NCBI RefSeq assembly: GCF_009914755.1
Contig: NC_060928.1
Origin: the human T2T-CHM13v2.0 reference genome, Homo sapiens
Strand: one strand, 5' to 3'
DNA length: 64,000 nucleotides
Made by a program: the position numbers and the translations under genes. The notes beneath the pieces were generated by a model. The model had not been told where the DNA came from and did not search any database. It saw only the letters and a program-made list of their open reading frames with translations. Of the stretch, positions 1-15,399 are shown one piece after another (within the stretch, counting starts at the first letter, position 1; each line of letters begins with the position of its first letter).

Positions 1-412
1 CAAGAGCAAGGAAGTCTTCTGTGGGCTCTGCCCAAGTGGGAGGGATAAGTTTCTCTCCTAAGGGTATTGCCTCTCTGCATGCCTGGGTTTGGCCAGAGTG
101 ACTCCATCTTGGCTATTACCCATGAGTGCCACAGAAGGGCTGAAACCACAATGCTAATGTCATGCTAATGATATTAAAAGGAGTTGGGTCAAGTTAAGGA
201 CATTTAGGTTGATTTATAGCACCTGCACCTAGTTTGGGACACTACCTTTTGAGCAACATCCTGGCATTAGAGGAGGTTCTTAACCGCATTTCTTCCTGCT
301 AGCTACAGTGGTGGTGCAGGTGCAGTCCTGTGGGTATTTTTTCCACTATCAATACCCTCCCTCTCCATCTGCCTAACCTCTAACTGCCAGCCTCTTACTG
401 CCTCCTGTCTCA
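1..412 (-). mobile_element. ERV1-class (MER4-group-like) LTR, U3 part, cut by the window edge
   Basis: The minus strand starts TGAGACAGGAGGCAG at 412 and contains AAGATGGAGTCACT (YY1-type motif common in MER4-group LTRs). It is GC-richer than the flank. Subfamily not assigned. Confidence 0.55.
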
Positions 413-2449
413 TTACTATGTTTGATTTTTCTCTAAATGTGGGTACAGGAAGTAATTTAATACTTTTCATTGGAGTTTGGTCCATTTTGAGAAACTCAGC
501 TTAATAAGGAACTCTGTGTATTAATGCACTTTGAGCAGGCTAAGCCTTGATGTCAGAATCTTGGTGATTACTAACAGTAATTTTGTTCAGGCAATCCACT
601 TTACCCTAATAGAACATTGCTCAAATATTTATTATCTTAATAATTTAAATATTTGAAATATTCCTTACAGTATACTAGCCCCAACAATAAGTTACTTTGT
701 TTTGTTACTTACTACATAAATAGTATATGTAGCTTTGTGTATGTATCTACATCTATATAGATACAGATACATACACATGATATAGTTCAATTTAGGTTGA
801 AATATTTATTAAAACCAATTAAACTGCGAGTTACATATGTTCAAAAGCTGTGTTATTTTCACCCTCTTAAAGAGCATCTATTTTCAGATTAATTAAGCAG
901 CTTGGAGAAATAAAACATGCTATATAAACTCTAAATTAGAGTAAACAAATACACATTAAAAGGCAATCAGGAGAATTATTCTTCAATTTTAAATCAAAGA
1001 ATAACCCTTTGAAGAGGACAAAATAATGTGTGCTTTCAATCTGAAAGTTGAGTAGTATCACTTTTGAAATGTTATCTTACATTTAATGAGATTAATATAA
1101 ATATCAGTTTTCTGATACTGAATGCAATAAATTGAGCTCCTTTGCTTTGCACTGAACTCCTTTGCATATCACTGATGATCATCAATCATATAGACAATAG
1201 TTTCTTATTTTAGAATTAAAATTGGATACTGTTATCAACAGATTTCTGTGGAATAAACTATATTATTTTCAATGAGGGGAACTTTTCATCAATAGCCCGA
1301 GGGAATGATGAAGTCTCGCTAGTCATGAACAAACAGATTCTATTCCCTAAGAAAGCTATTAGTCAACCCGTGAATGTATCCATTTGCTGATACTGATGAT
1401 TACACATATACACTTAGGAAAGTACAGATTTATTCTGAATTACTGGCACAATAGTGTTCATAAAATTTTTGCCCATGTTTATGGGACTTAACATTCATTA
1501 TGTGTGCTCTATCACACCATTCAGGGTCAATAATTAATCAGGAGATGAAAATACATATCTATCTATATATACATATATATATTCTATTTCAGAACCATTA
1601 TCTTTTCAGGTATAAGTTTAATTACCATATGTTTTTAAATTAGAATGATAGCATATTAAAGCAAACACAATTATCAGAACAGTATTTCCTAATAGAAGAT
1701 GCAAAATTGGAAAAAAGTGAAGAAAGTAAGCAAAGGTGACAATATGTAAGGTGAATTTTTTATTTATCCTATTTTCAAGCACTCATATTCGCTGGTGTAT
1801 TTCACAGAAAAACTAATAATTTTAGATTAAAATGATTCTCAATTCTAACAAAACTTTTCTTATAAAATGGAAAATAAAATCCAAATATTTTACATAATCT
1901 AAAGGTTTTTCTCAAAATTTGAATTGGCATGCATTTATTATTCCATGCACAATTGGAACCACTCAAATGTTTGAATAAAAAAGAAACATGAGTTCATTTT
2001 AGATTTTATATAAATAAGTCTCTCACCAGAATTAACTCTTAAATCTTCCTTTAACTTATGTGAGGGATCATCCTAATGCAAACACCATCTAATTTTTTTT
2101 AAAATAATAAGGAAAACATATGAGCTGACTTGTGTTTCATAACCATGCAGCTTTACTATTAATCAAGTAGGAGGAAATGGAACCCAAACAGAACAGCAGA
2201 ATTATTTGAGTATAAGAGAGGACCAAAACCAGGCATATATAGAGTAAGACTCTAGGAAACCATGGTAAAAATATAACTGAGGTTTTACAAACCTAACTAG
2301 AAATATTATTACTCACATAGTGATGAAAAAACAAGTTGGGGTTAAGTCATAGTAAAAAAGAGAAATATGATAATCATCATTTGCATTTTATTTGAAATAT
2401 AAAAATGTTCAAGCTTGAATTTTAAGGGAAAATGAAAATAATCTAGTGC

Positions 2450-3270
2450 TTATAAAGTTTAAAACCAAGCCTATATATAATCAGGGTGATATGGTAACAA
2501 ATTATCTACATGTTTTAAGAAAATAATTCAGCCACTTTGAAGGAAGATATAATTTCAAAGCCTCAATATTTTTTCAGTGATAAAGCAGGACATCTCATTT
2601 TGAACTACAAAAAATGCAGAAGCAAGAGAAAGAAGGAAATAATACAAGAATAGCCTATAATTTCATTATTTTAGTGACAAGTAAAACAATGAAGAAGTTA
2701 TGTAAAAACATAAAGAATTTAAACAGAAATGTCAGGAGATATAAAAATAATTCAGGTAATTCAAATCACAGAATTTCTGAAACTAAACGTTCTTTGGATA
2801 GCTCTAATAGCAGATCAGTCACGTCTTAATATAGAATTAATGACCTGGAAAATCACGCAAATAATACACTTTGAAAAACATTAAGAATAACAATGAAAGG
2901 AAGAAAATTAAGAAATAAGATAGTAAAAAAGGCTTGTTGAATATAGCCAGAGGCTTTAAAGTTGTAACTGTAGTTCAAAATGGAGATAAGGGGGTAGGAG
3001 AATATGATAAAATGAATATTAACATATGCAATGGCTGAGAGTTTTCTAAAACTGATTAAACACTTTACTAGAGATTAAAAAAAATACATCATCTCAAATA
3101 GGATAAAAATAAAGAAAATAAAACTTAGACATCTTACAGTTAAGCAGACAAAGACAAAAATTTAAAAAGATATCTTAAAAACAACCAGAAGACAAATGAG
3201 TTTAAAGAGCAACAATAGGACTGAGAGCAGACATTTTAATATGAAATGTGAGAGCAAGAAGACAATGGAT
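2450..3270 (+). mobile_element. Ancient L1M (L1ME-like) ORF1-region remnant
   Basis: A-rich, degenerate similarity to L1 ORF1, e.g. ...aacaataggactgagagcagacattttaat...gcaagaagacaatgga. Boundaries approximate. Confidence 0.5.
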
Positions 3271-3525
3271 TATTTATTTTTATTTTTTAAGACACACCCT
3301 TGCTCTGTTGCACAGGCTGGAGTGCAGTGTCACGATCTCGGCTCACTGTAACCTCTGCCTCCTGGGCTCAAGCGAGCACATGCGGCTAATTTTTTTTTCA
3401 TTTTTAGTAGAGACAGGGTTTCACCATGTTGACCAAACTGGTCTTGAAATCCTGACCTCAAGTGATCCACCTGCCTCAGCCTCCCTAAGTGCTATGATCA
3501 CAGGCATGAGCCACCATGCCCACCC
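3271..3525 (-). mobile_element. Alu (old S/J) with ~45-bp internal deletion in the right arm
   Basis: Poly-T, then caggctggagtgcagtg...tttttagtagagacagggtttcaccatg...gagccaccatgccc. The ctcctgcctcagcc...gggattacagg segment is missing near 3375. Confidence 0.9.
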
Positions 3526-3689
3526 TGGACTAGTATTTTTAAAATGTGAAATATGTACCTGTGAATACTGCAACATAATATTCTACAATAAGAAAAAATA
3601 ATGTCTTAAAATTAACAGGAAATTAATATGTGTTTTATGAAGAATTTTCTTTTCTTTTTTTTTTTTTTGTTTCCACCAGGACAACTTAT

Positions 3690-4345
3690 AGAATGTTGGT
3701 GGGAATGTAAATTAGTTCAGCCACCTGGAAAGCAGTTTGGAGATTTCCCAAAGAACTTGAAACAGAACTACCATTCGACCCAGCAATCCCATTACTGGGT
3801 ATATATCTAAAAGAAAATAAATCATTCTACCAAAAAGACACATGCATCTTACATTCATCGCAGCACTATTCACAATAGTAAACACATGGAATCAACCTAA
3901 GTGTCCATCAGTGGTGGATTGGATAAAGAAAATGTGGTACATATATAACATGGAACACTACACAGCCATAAAAATGAATGAAATCATGGCCTTTGCAGCA
4001 ACATGGTTGCAGCAGGAGTCTATTATCCTAAGCAAATGAATGCAGGAAGAGAAAAGCAAATACTGCGTGTTCTCACTTATACGTGTGAGCTAAACTTTGG
4101 TATTCATGGACATAAACGTTGGAACAATACACACTTGGGACTACTAGAGGGAGAGGAAGGAAGGAATAGGGGCAAGGGTTGAAAAACTACTTATTGGGAC
4201 CTGGTACTATGCTCAGGACCTGAGTGGTGGAATCACACTTATCCCAAACCTCAGCACCACACAATATACCCATGTAACAAAACTGCACGTGTATACCCTG
4301 AATCTAAAACAAAAATTGAAATTATTTTAAAAAGTAAAAAAAAGA
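3690..4345 (+). mobile_element. L1PA15-17-like 3' end (ORF2 C-terminus plus 3'UTR)
   Basis: ORF fragments ECWWECKLVQP and FIAALFTIVNTWNQPKCPS..DWIKKMWYIY match the L1 ORF2 C-terminus. The 3'UTR ends gaatctaaaacaaaaattgaaattat plus an A tail. Confidence 0.9.
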
Positions 4346-4429
4346 AGTACTTCATATATAACTAATAAATATGTGTTTTTATCTACTGTAATTCTTTAAA
4401 GACTTTATACAGTCCAAAAATTTTAAAAA

Positions 4430-5094
<665 letters not shown>

Positions 5095-5110
5095 AAAAAT
5101 TTAAAAAAAG

Positions 5111-5149
5111 AAATAATTGGCGGAAATAATTGGCGTAAATAATTGGCAT
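5111..5149 (+). repeat. 13-bp tandem repeat x3 (AAATAATTGGCRK)
   Basis: aaataattggcgg aaataattggcgt aaataattggcat. Confidence 0.9.
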
Positions 5150-6380
<1,231 letters not shown>

Positions 6381-6393
6381 TTTTATTAAGAAC

Positions 6394-6853
6394 GTGTGTT
6401 ATTCTGGGTTCTCTGAGAAGCAAACACTAAAATGAATTATACATGCAAGAAATTTATTAAGGAAAATGGCTGTTTAAAAAAAAGGGAAGGAATGCTGGAG
6501 AAGCCCTGAGACCCTGATTTAAGTTTGACTCAGGGTGAACAAGAGAGAAAAGGAAAAAGAAAATGTTGAGGTTGAAATATCTTAAACTGCAGTGTGATTT
6601 TAATGAAAGTCAACGAGGTTGTCAAGGTGTCCTGAAGTCAGTTAGGAATCATAGGAGTCACACATCTCTCAGAAACTGACCTGCCTTAGTATCACTGCTA
6701 GACTTAATTACTCAGTGGCTAGGAGCAGGTGATGAGAAGTGAGAGTTCATGGAAAATGAAGTAATGGATTTCAGAGGGTGGCAGCTGAGTTCTACAATCA
6801 ATTATGTGCCTTGCAACCATAGATATGAGAAGTACATTCTCATAGCCAGCATA
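6394..6853 (-). mobile_element. Old MaLR LTR (MLT1K/L-like)
   Basis: tgtgttattctgggttctctgagaagcaaacact...aaatttattaagg...tacattctcatagccagcata. Orientation inferred from the polyA-signal position. Confidence 0.65.
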
Positions 6854-6958
6854 GGATGTGAAAACGATAGAAGTTGTATATACATGTATGTGTGTACATA
6901 TATATACACACAATTACATAGAATACTCTGTATAATACATAGAATACGACATATATAT

Positions 6959-7445
6959 AATCAAAAGCAAAATAAAACTAAAACACAAGATATGCATTTA
7001 TTGGTAATAAAAGATACATGCAAAATTGCAGAAATCATGTCCATCTTTAAAAAATGATTTAAAGAATAAACAAATTAATGGATACATAGTCTTCAATTTT
7101 TGAATGGTACTGATTCCTATTAAGTAGATCATAGGGTAAAACAAATTCAATTAGAATCAATGAGAAACCCGAAATACCTTTAAGACAGTGTACAAATAAG
7201 CTAACTGCTAAGAATATCTATGGAATATGGGGAAAGGAACAAACGGGGTATTTCACGCTAAATAATAAGACTTATTACAAAGGCACAGTAATTCAATTAA
7301 AGTAGAAGGATGATGTTTCAAAGGATAGCCTGAAAAAAAACAGACTTGTGTATACATAGAACATGATTTATGGCAACGTGATACTGCAGATTAATGGAGA
7401 GAGGACAAACCTTTCAGAATTTAGTGGTAGGACTATTCATTATCT
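6959..7445 (+). mobile_element. Ancient L1ME ORF2 remnant; donor of the copy at 8346-8541
   Basis: Degenerate L1-like sequence: ataagacttattacaaaggcacagtaattc...gatactgcagattaatggagagaggacaaacctttcag. Confidence 0.5.
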
Positions 7446-7770
7446 TGTATTAATTATCTACTGCTGCATATAAAGCCCCCACACTGAGATGGGTTTAAAA
7501 TAACAAATTGATTCAGCTCTTTTTTTTGTAGATAACCTAATATGGTTATGTTCTTAGCTGGTTTGGCTGATCATTGTGGTCATTTAGTAGCTTAGCTATA
7601 ACTGAGGGGTCTAAAATGTCTGGTTAGAATAATTGATGTAGGGTACCTCTACTAAGCTCATTTTTGCTTACACAATACAAATCTCCAGTAGGGCTACCCT
7701 GGGCTTCCAAGCATGATGGCAGAAGAGATTCAGCAGCATGAGCCAAAACCCACAATGACTAGTACTTTTT
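7446..7770 (-). mobile_element. MLT1 (H/J-like) LTR, first part
   Basis: tgtattaattatctactgctgcatataaagc...ccagtagggctaccctgggcttccaagcatgatggcag. Appears to resume at ~8558. Confidence 0.6.
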
Positions 7771-7792
7771 TAAAAAAAGCTGAAGTATATAG

Positions 7793-7959
7793 TTTATTTT
7801 TTTTTTTATTTTTGCAACAGAGTCTCGCTCTGTAGCCCAGGCTGGACTGCAATGGTGTGATCTCACTCGCTGCAACCTCTACCTCCCAAATTCAAGCAAT
7901 TCTCGTGCCTCAGCCTTCTGAGTAGCTGGAACTACAGGTGTGTGCCACCATGCCTGGCT
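7793..7959 (-). mobile_element. Alu right arm only; left arm lost
   Basis: Poly-T...cagagtctcgctctgtagcccaggctgg...gccaccatgcctggct. Ends at the A-rich linker, where the L1 begins. Confidence 0.9.
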
Positions 7960-8257
7960 TTTTAAAAATTATTATTATACTTTAAGTTCTGGGATACATG
8001 TGCAGAACGTGCAGGTTTGCTACATAGGTACACACGTGTCGTGGTGGTTTGCTGCACCCATCAACCTGTCATCTACATTAGCTATTTCTCCTAATGCTAT
8101 CCCTCCTCTAGCCTCCCACTCCCCGACGGGCCCCTGTGGGTAATGTTCCCCTACCTGTGTCCATGTGTTCTCATTGTTCAACTCCCACTTATGACTGAGA
8201 ACATGCGGTGTTTGGTTTTCTGTTCCTGTGTTAGTTCGCTAAGAATGATGATTTCCA
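7960..8257 (-). mobile_element. L1PA7/8-like 3'UTR, 5'-truncated
   Basis: ttattatactttaagttctgggatacatgtgcagaacgtgcaggtttg...gagaacatgcggtgtttggttttctgttcctgtgttagtt. Confidence 0.93.
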
Positions 8258-8322
8258 TGTTGGCCTTGTTACAAAGTCTGACAAATAAAACAAAAAACTC
8301 GTATGACATCAGCAGGGGTTTA
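8258..8322 (-). repeat. Inverted copy of 8561-8625
   Basis: ttggccttgttacaaagtctgacaaataaaacaaaaa is the near-exact reverse complement of tttttgttttatttgtcagacttttaacaaggccaa. Similarity continues ~26 nt further with mismatches. Confidence 0.9.
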
Positions 8323-8345
8323 ATCAACCTCTGCTTATCTCTAAC

Positions 8346-8541
8346 AATCAAAAGCAAAACAAAACAAAAAACACAAGATATGAATTTATTGGTAATAAAA
8401 GATACATGCAAAATTGTGGAAATCATGCCCATCTTTAAAAAATGATTTAAAGAATAAATTAATGGATACATAGTCTTCAATTTTTGAATAGTACTGATTC
8501 CTATTAAGTAGGTCATAGAGTAAAATAAAATCAATTAGAAT
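8346..8541 (+). repeat. Direct copy of 6959-7157
   Basis: ~196 nt; by eye about 11 substitutions and 2 indels. Both copies translate as TQDMxLLVIKDTCKIxEIMxIFKK in the ORF track. Confidence 0.95.
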
Positions 8542-8557
8542 AGTTTGTTGCTCTTTA

Positions 8558-8690
8558 TTTTTTGAACCTCTCCTTATGCCATGTAAGCTTTTTGTTTTAT
8601 TTGTCAGACTTTTAACAAGGCCAAGATCAGTGTTGATGTATGAGGAGAATATTGAAGAACTTGCATAGAGGGAGTAAAGTTACTAGTTTT
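8558..8690 (-). mobile_element. MLT1 (H/J-like) LTR, resumed part
   Basis: ttttgaacctctccttatgccatg...caaggccaagatcagtgttgatgtatgaggagaatattg resembles the expected MLT1 continuation (ttttcaagcctctgcttg...catggccaagcccagagtc). Confidence 0.5.
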
Positions 8691-8739
8691 CCAAAAAAAA
8701 AAAAAAAATCACATACACAGACATGCACACAGACACACA

Positions 8740-10230
8740 TATTATAAGGGAAAATATGACATTTCAACCCAAGTAAAATTAATAAAAATAAAGGGTTTAA
8801 ATTTGAACTCAAACCTTAAGAACTTTTAGTATGAAATATGGAAATATAGAAAAAATATTTTAACTCTAAAATGACCAATTCATTAGTGTCATTAAATTAA
8901 AAGTAAATTGTGATTCAAAAAGATGAAATAAGGAAAATGGAAGAGGAATACAGGAATTTGGAGGGCCTATTTAATACACATAAGAGGCCATTGAGTTATA
9001 TATTGTGAACTATTTAAAAATCTTAAAAATAAGTGTTTATTTCAGCAAAAGGAAAGGTCAGCGGACATTCTAACATAAATAATTAGAAAACTGAAAATCA
9101 CAAATTTCTATCATGACAAACTGAGAAAAGTTAGAAATCTGGTAATTCTACTCACTTTGGTAAACATTTAGAGTGTAAGATTTTTTATGGGAGAAATATG
9201 GTATTTATGAAACTTGAAAATGTTGATACCAGTGACCCAGCAGTTCTACTAATGGATATATCCAATAGTAAAATCTCTCATGCATGTGCACCAAGAAACG
9301 TGTAATTAAGTGTTCATAAAAATATCGTTTATAAGAAGCTGGGAAAAATTTGAATATTCATCACAGAAGATTGTATAATTGAATTAGTATATTCTTCATT
9401 CAGTGGAATACTACATTGCTATAAAAATGGTTTTTCTATAGCTGTCCAGCCACTTTCACATATCCACACATATAACTTTTAACAATCTCAATGTGGAGAA
9501 AAAAAAACGTTATGACTGTGGTTCCAATATATAAATGTTTAAGCAGAAAAACACCTGAAAATAAATTAATGTTCAGTAAAAGGTATAACGAGAAAAACTT
9601 GGGATTGTAAGTTCACCCAGCCCCATATCCCTTGACCCTACTTAACACCCTGAGAAGGTGCTAAGAAACCAAAGCGCAACTGGGACAAGTTCAGCTTGGC
9701 AGGTAGATTAGCTTATTAGGACTTAGATATGTGGCATTCCTGGACAGCATCGGGACGGCTCTAGAGATCCATGCCACCTCCGATCTCTAAGCTGCTTGTA
9801 AGTTAATTTTCTGGCTCTTTGCCTACTGTGTTTGTGTGACGGTACTATTTTCCTTTGTAGGTTCTCAGATACTCTCTAGGATGTTTGGGTTCTTAAAGTT
9901 GCCTGCTCTTTGGCTGGGCACCATGGCCTTGGCTCACCGCCCAGCCTCAGGGTTCTAATCGCAGACACACATTTAGCATGGGACTCATCACACTACAAAA
10001 GGTATGTGAATAATATTAATACAATACTCATGAACAGCATGGTATTTACCTTGTAAGAAGAGAAGTCTGCGATAGAGAAGTATGTAGGAGGCCTCAAAGA
10101 ATGTAGCGGAATTATGATTCTCAAGCAATAGGTTGTACACAAGAGTGTTCATTTCATTTATCTTTACCTCATATACATATATGTTATATAAGATTAATGT
10201 ATGTAAAATATTTTTATAATATAATATTTT
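8740..10230 (+). mobile_element. Ancient L1ME 3' region, interrupted by an LTR
   Basis: gtgacccagcagttctactaatggatatatcc...catgtgcaccaagaaacgtgta...tcagtggaatactacattgctataaaaatg. Confidence 0.7.
9584..9997 (-). mobile_element. Solo ERVL LTR (LTR47-like) with 5-bp TSD
   Basis: The minus strand starts TGTAGTGTGATGAGTCCC and contains gagccaaggccatggtgcccagcc. TSD AAAGG at 9579-9583 and 9998-10002. Confidence 0.85.
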
Positions 10231-10489
10231 TTAATAATGATAGCAAAACTGATCTAAAATTTATGCATTTAAATTGTATGTTATTTAAAAGTCAATGTAA
10301 TTTAAAAGAGAATGAAGTATAAAAAAATTAAAAATCAATAGACCTAGTAGCTTGTACCAAATACTTTTTTTTCCTCATGAAGATGTTAAAGCTTTCTCAT
10401 ACTCTATAATCAATTATTAAGGCCGAAGGTTTTGGTACCATATAAACTATGGAGTCCAACTTATTTCTTAAATTATTGATTTTAAAAAA

Positions 10490-10650
10490 TTTAGCTAATA
10501 TTGCAAAGTCTCTCTTCTGTCATGTAAAAATGAGAGTATTAATGGTAAATTTCACCTGAATTAGTTTGGGGACATAAATATGAGAGTGAAAATGTTTGGT
10601 ACAGTGCATTATAATCTAATAAGTGGTCAATAAGTACTCAATAGCTATAG
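10490..10650 (+). mobile_element. MIR fragment
   Basis: ctgtcatgtaaaaatgagagtattaatggta...aaaatgtttggtacagtgc...taagtggtcaataagt. Confidence 0.6.
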
Positions 10651-10807
10651 TTAATAGTTATTAGTACTATTTATCTTACTGTTATACTGAATGATAGAAT
10701 CACTCCATAATTAATGTAACTCAATTTTAATTGAATATCACATAAATGCATAGCAGATGAAGAATCAATTATCCTTTATAATCTTACTCAGATGCTCTTC
10801 AATTAAC

Positions 10808-10834
10808 ATTCATGAAATTTGAAATTTCATGAAT
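10808..10834. repeat. Perfect palindrome, 13-bp arms, 1-nt spacer
   Basis: attcatgaaattt g aaatttcatgaat. Confidence 0.9.
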
Positions 10835-12439
10835 ATGACTGAAGTATGTTTTGGTATTTCTCCCTTATTAGAATGTCAATGATATTCCTAATTTCTGTAA
10901 AAAAGTTGCATTTATTAATATGTGCATTTTTTGGTTACAGATTTTATAACTTTCTTTGGATTATCAAAGTGATCTATTACTCATTATCAAAAATGAGATA
11001 CTCTTCTAATTAAAAATATAAATAGTTAATATTTCTATGTTCAAACTAAAACCCTTAGTACATTTTTGAAATAATACCTTACATGTTGAATAATACAAAG
11101 AAATCCAGAAAAAGGCATGACATTGAAGATGAACAATACATTTTATTTCTTTGAATGCAGATATAATAATTAGGATAAGTGACAAATATTTATCCTGGGA
11201 GTGAAAAAAATACTTTTGCTTATACTAAATTGTCATTCTTTTTATTTATTGAGTGACTAAATTATTTAATAAAAATAACATAGACTATGGGGAATATGCA
11301 CGGGAGGTACAAACTGTAGGAGAGTAAAGTTTGAGTTTTATTCTGTGCCAGCATTAGTTGTGATAGTCAATTACAATGTAAATACTGTTTTTGTTTTTTG
11401 ACTGATATATCCATTTTAAAGATTATATCTTTATTGCCTGGACAACTCTCCATTGGGCTTCAATGTACAAACATTTTTTACCCTAGGAACATTCTTTTCA
11501 GCTTTAAAATAAATGCATCACTTACAATATCTTGTTACACTGTGAAAAACTGAGAATTGAATAGAATCTCCTAATATTATGTTCTTCTAAATATAAATAT
11601 TGGCTAGAAAAATCCAAATAAATGTATTAAAATCACATGAATGCACACAAATATCTCTCATCACTATCCCCACAATTTCATCCTCAAGCATTCATTGTAT
11701 GATGAGTTTTCACAATTAACCCTAGGCCAAATGTTGATACTGGTATTGGCAAGCAATGTTCACAAACCATTTTGAGTGTATTATGTTTTTGACTTGATTT
11801 TAGTGTTTCAAAAGAGCAAAAATCTAGACACATAGTCATTATGCCATTTGCCAAGATTACCAAATATAAATTGTTTTTTTGAGGCTCACAGGTGAAAATA
11901 AGAAGGTTAAAGTTGCATATGATAAAATACTTTTCAAAAACAAAAAAATAATAATATTTAAGCACATTATGTACTCACGTTATATTTTCAATGATAAGAG
12001 CAAGCAAACACTTCTGATTTTCTTTTCCTGCATACCAATGATTGTTTCAGGGGTGAGTAAATAATAGGCCCCTAATTTTTATGTACTGTCTACCTCTGAG
12101 GAATTACTTCCAACTTTTTTTTACTATGCTTTCTCCTTTTGCTAGGAAAAATTATGTTCTTCTCATACTGTCTCTGGAGAAGTGCCACTTTAATGATGGG
12201 GGGGTAGATTGGAAATGGGAAGGTACATGAATTAAACATAACCTTAGTGTTCAGTGAAAATACATTTTTTAATGAACTTGAATAAGTACTGAGCTATGTT
12301 TAGAAAGATATGTATTAGAGCTGAGGGTTTTTTTTAATTTTGGTGTTTGCATTATATATATAATCTTAGTACTATGATGTGAGTGACTGCTCGCAAGAAG
12401 GCAACTGAAGTCGATATCAATTAACCTGTAAGTCTTATC

Positions 12440-12800
12440 AATATTTTTGTAGGCTGACAAAGAAGCACATGCTGAGATAGAGTTTTGACATGCATGGTGT
12501 TCACCAGGCATCAACAAGTGTGGCAGAGAGGGAGAAGTAGATTTGGGGAAAGGGTAAAAGTCTACCTAAAATATAGGCCTAAAAAAGTCTCAACTAACCT
12601 AACAGAAAGCTTAGAAATATACGTGGCTCAAGACTGATGACCTTGCTCTGCAGGAATGACCAGTCTTTCAATCTGCACCCAAATCAGTCAATAGTATGGG
12701 CTGCTCTAGGAGCACAAGGTAAGGGAATACTTAAAGAAACTGGCAGCTGCAGTATGTCTGCAGACAGCTAGGGAAACAGATATTTACTTAAAGGACCCTA
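12440..12800. mobile_element. Degenerate MLT1-like LTR
   Basis: ggcatcaacaagtgtggcagagagggagaagtagatttgg...aaagtctcaactaacctaacagaaagc. Weak match. Confidence 0.4.
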
Positions 12801-13049
12801 ATTGTTAATTATATTTTTAAATTTATCAGTTTGTATAATTTTTTGACATTTTTCTTTTGTCCAAATCTGATCTGTCACTATTTTTTAAATTTATAATTAT
12901 ACTGAATCTTTCAAACTTAACTATCATCTGCTTGAAATATTAAGCATAGTTTTAGAACAGTCTATGAGTCAAATTGTAAATCCTAGATTTCATTAAGTGC
13001 TAAATTTTCACAAATTATTTTTGGAAATTATTTGAGAATAAGCATGAAG

Positions 13050-14790
<1,741 letters not shown>

Positions 14791-14793
14791 CTT

Positions 14794-15397
14794 TGCAATG
14801 GTTAATATTGAGTGTCAACTTGATTGGATTGAAGGATGCAAAGTATTCTTCCTGGGTGTGTCTGTGAGGGTGTTGCCAAAGGAGATTAACATTTGAATCA
14901 GTGCACTGGGAGAGACAGTCCCACCCCCAGTCTGGGTGGGCACAATCTGATCAGCTTCCAGAGCGCCTAGAATAAGGCAGGCAGAAGAACATGGAAAGAC
15001 TGGACTGGCTGAGTCTTCCAGCCTCCATCTTTCTCCCGTGCTGGATGCTTCCTGCTCTCAAACAGCGCACCCCAAGTTCCTCAGGTTTTGGACTCTCGGA
15101 CGTACACCAGTGGTTTGCCAGGGGCTCTCGGGCCTTTAGCCACAGACTGAAGGCTGCACTGTCGGCTTCCCTACTTTTGAGGTTTTGGGACTCAGACTGG
15201 TTTCTTTGCTCCTCAGCTTGCAGACGGCCTATTATGGGACTTCACCTTGTGATCATGTGAGTCAGTACTATTTAGTAAACTCCCTTTTATACATACATCT
15301 ATCCTATTAGTCCTGTCAGTCAGTACTCCTTAGTAAACTCCCTTTTAATACATACATCTATCCTGTTAGTCCTGTCCCTCTAGAGAACCCTAATACA
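14794..15397 (+). mobile_element. MLT2A1 solo LTR (HERVL) with internal tandem duplication
   Basis: tgcaatggttaatattgagtgtcaacttgattggattgaaggatgcaaagtatt...ccctctagagaaccctaataca. TSD tcctt/tcttt. Confidence 0.93.
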
Positions 15398-15399
15398 TC

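Noticed and set aside
1596-1616. AG|GT motif ttatcttttcag|gtataag
   Set aside because: The 5' splice site (GTATAA) is weak, and such motifs are expected by chance.
8258-8625. Possible novel DNA transposon with ~65-bp TIRs and captured cargo
   Set aside because: There is no TSD, and the right 'TIR' appears to be native MLT1 continuing past 8625. A templated inverted copy explains it better.
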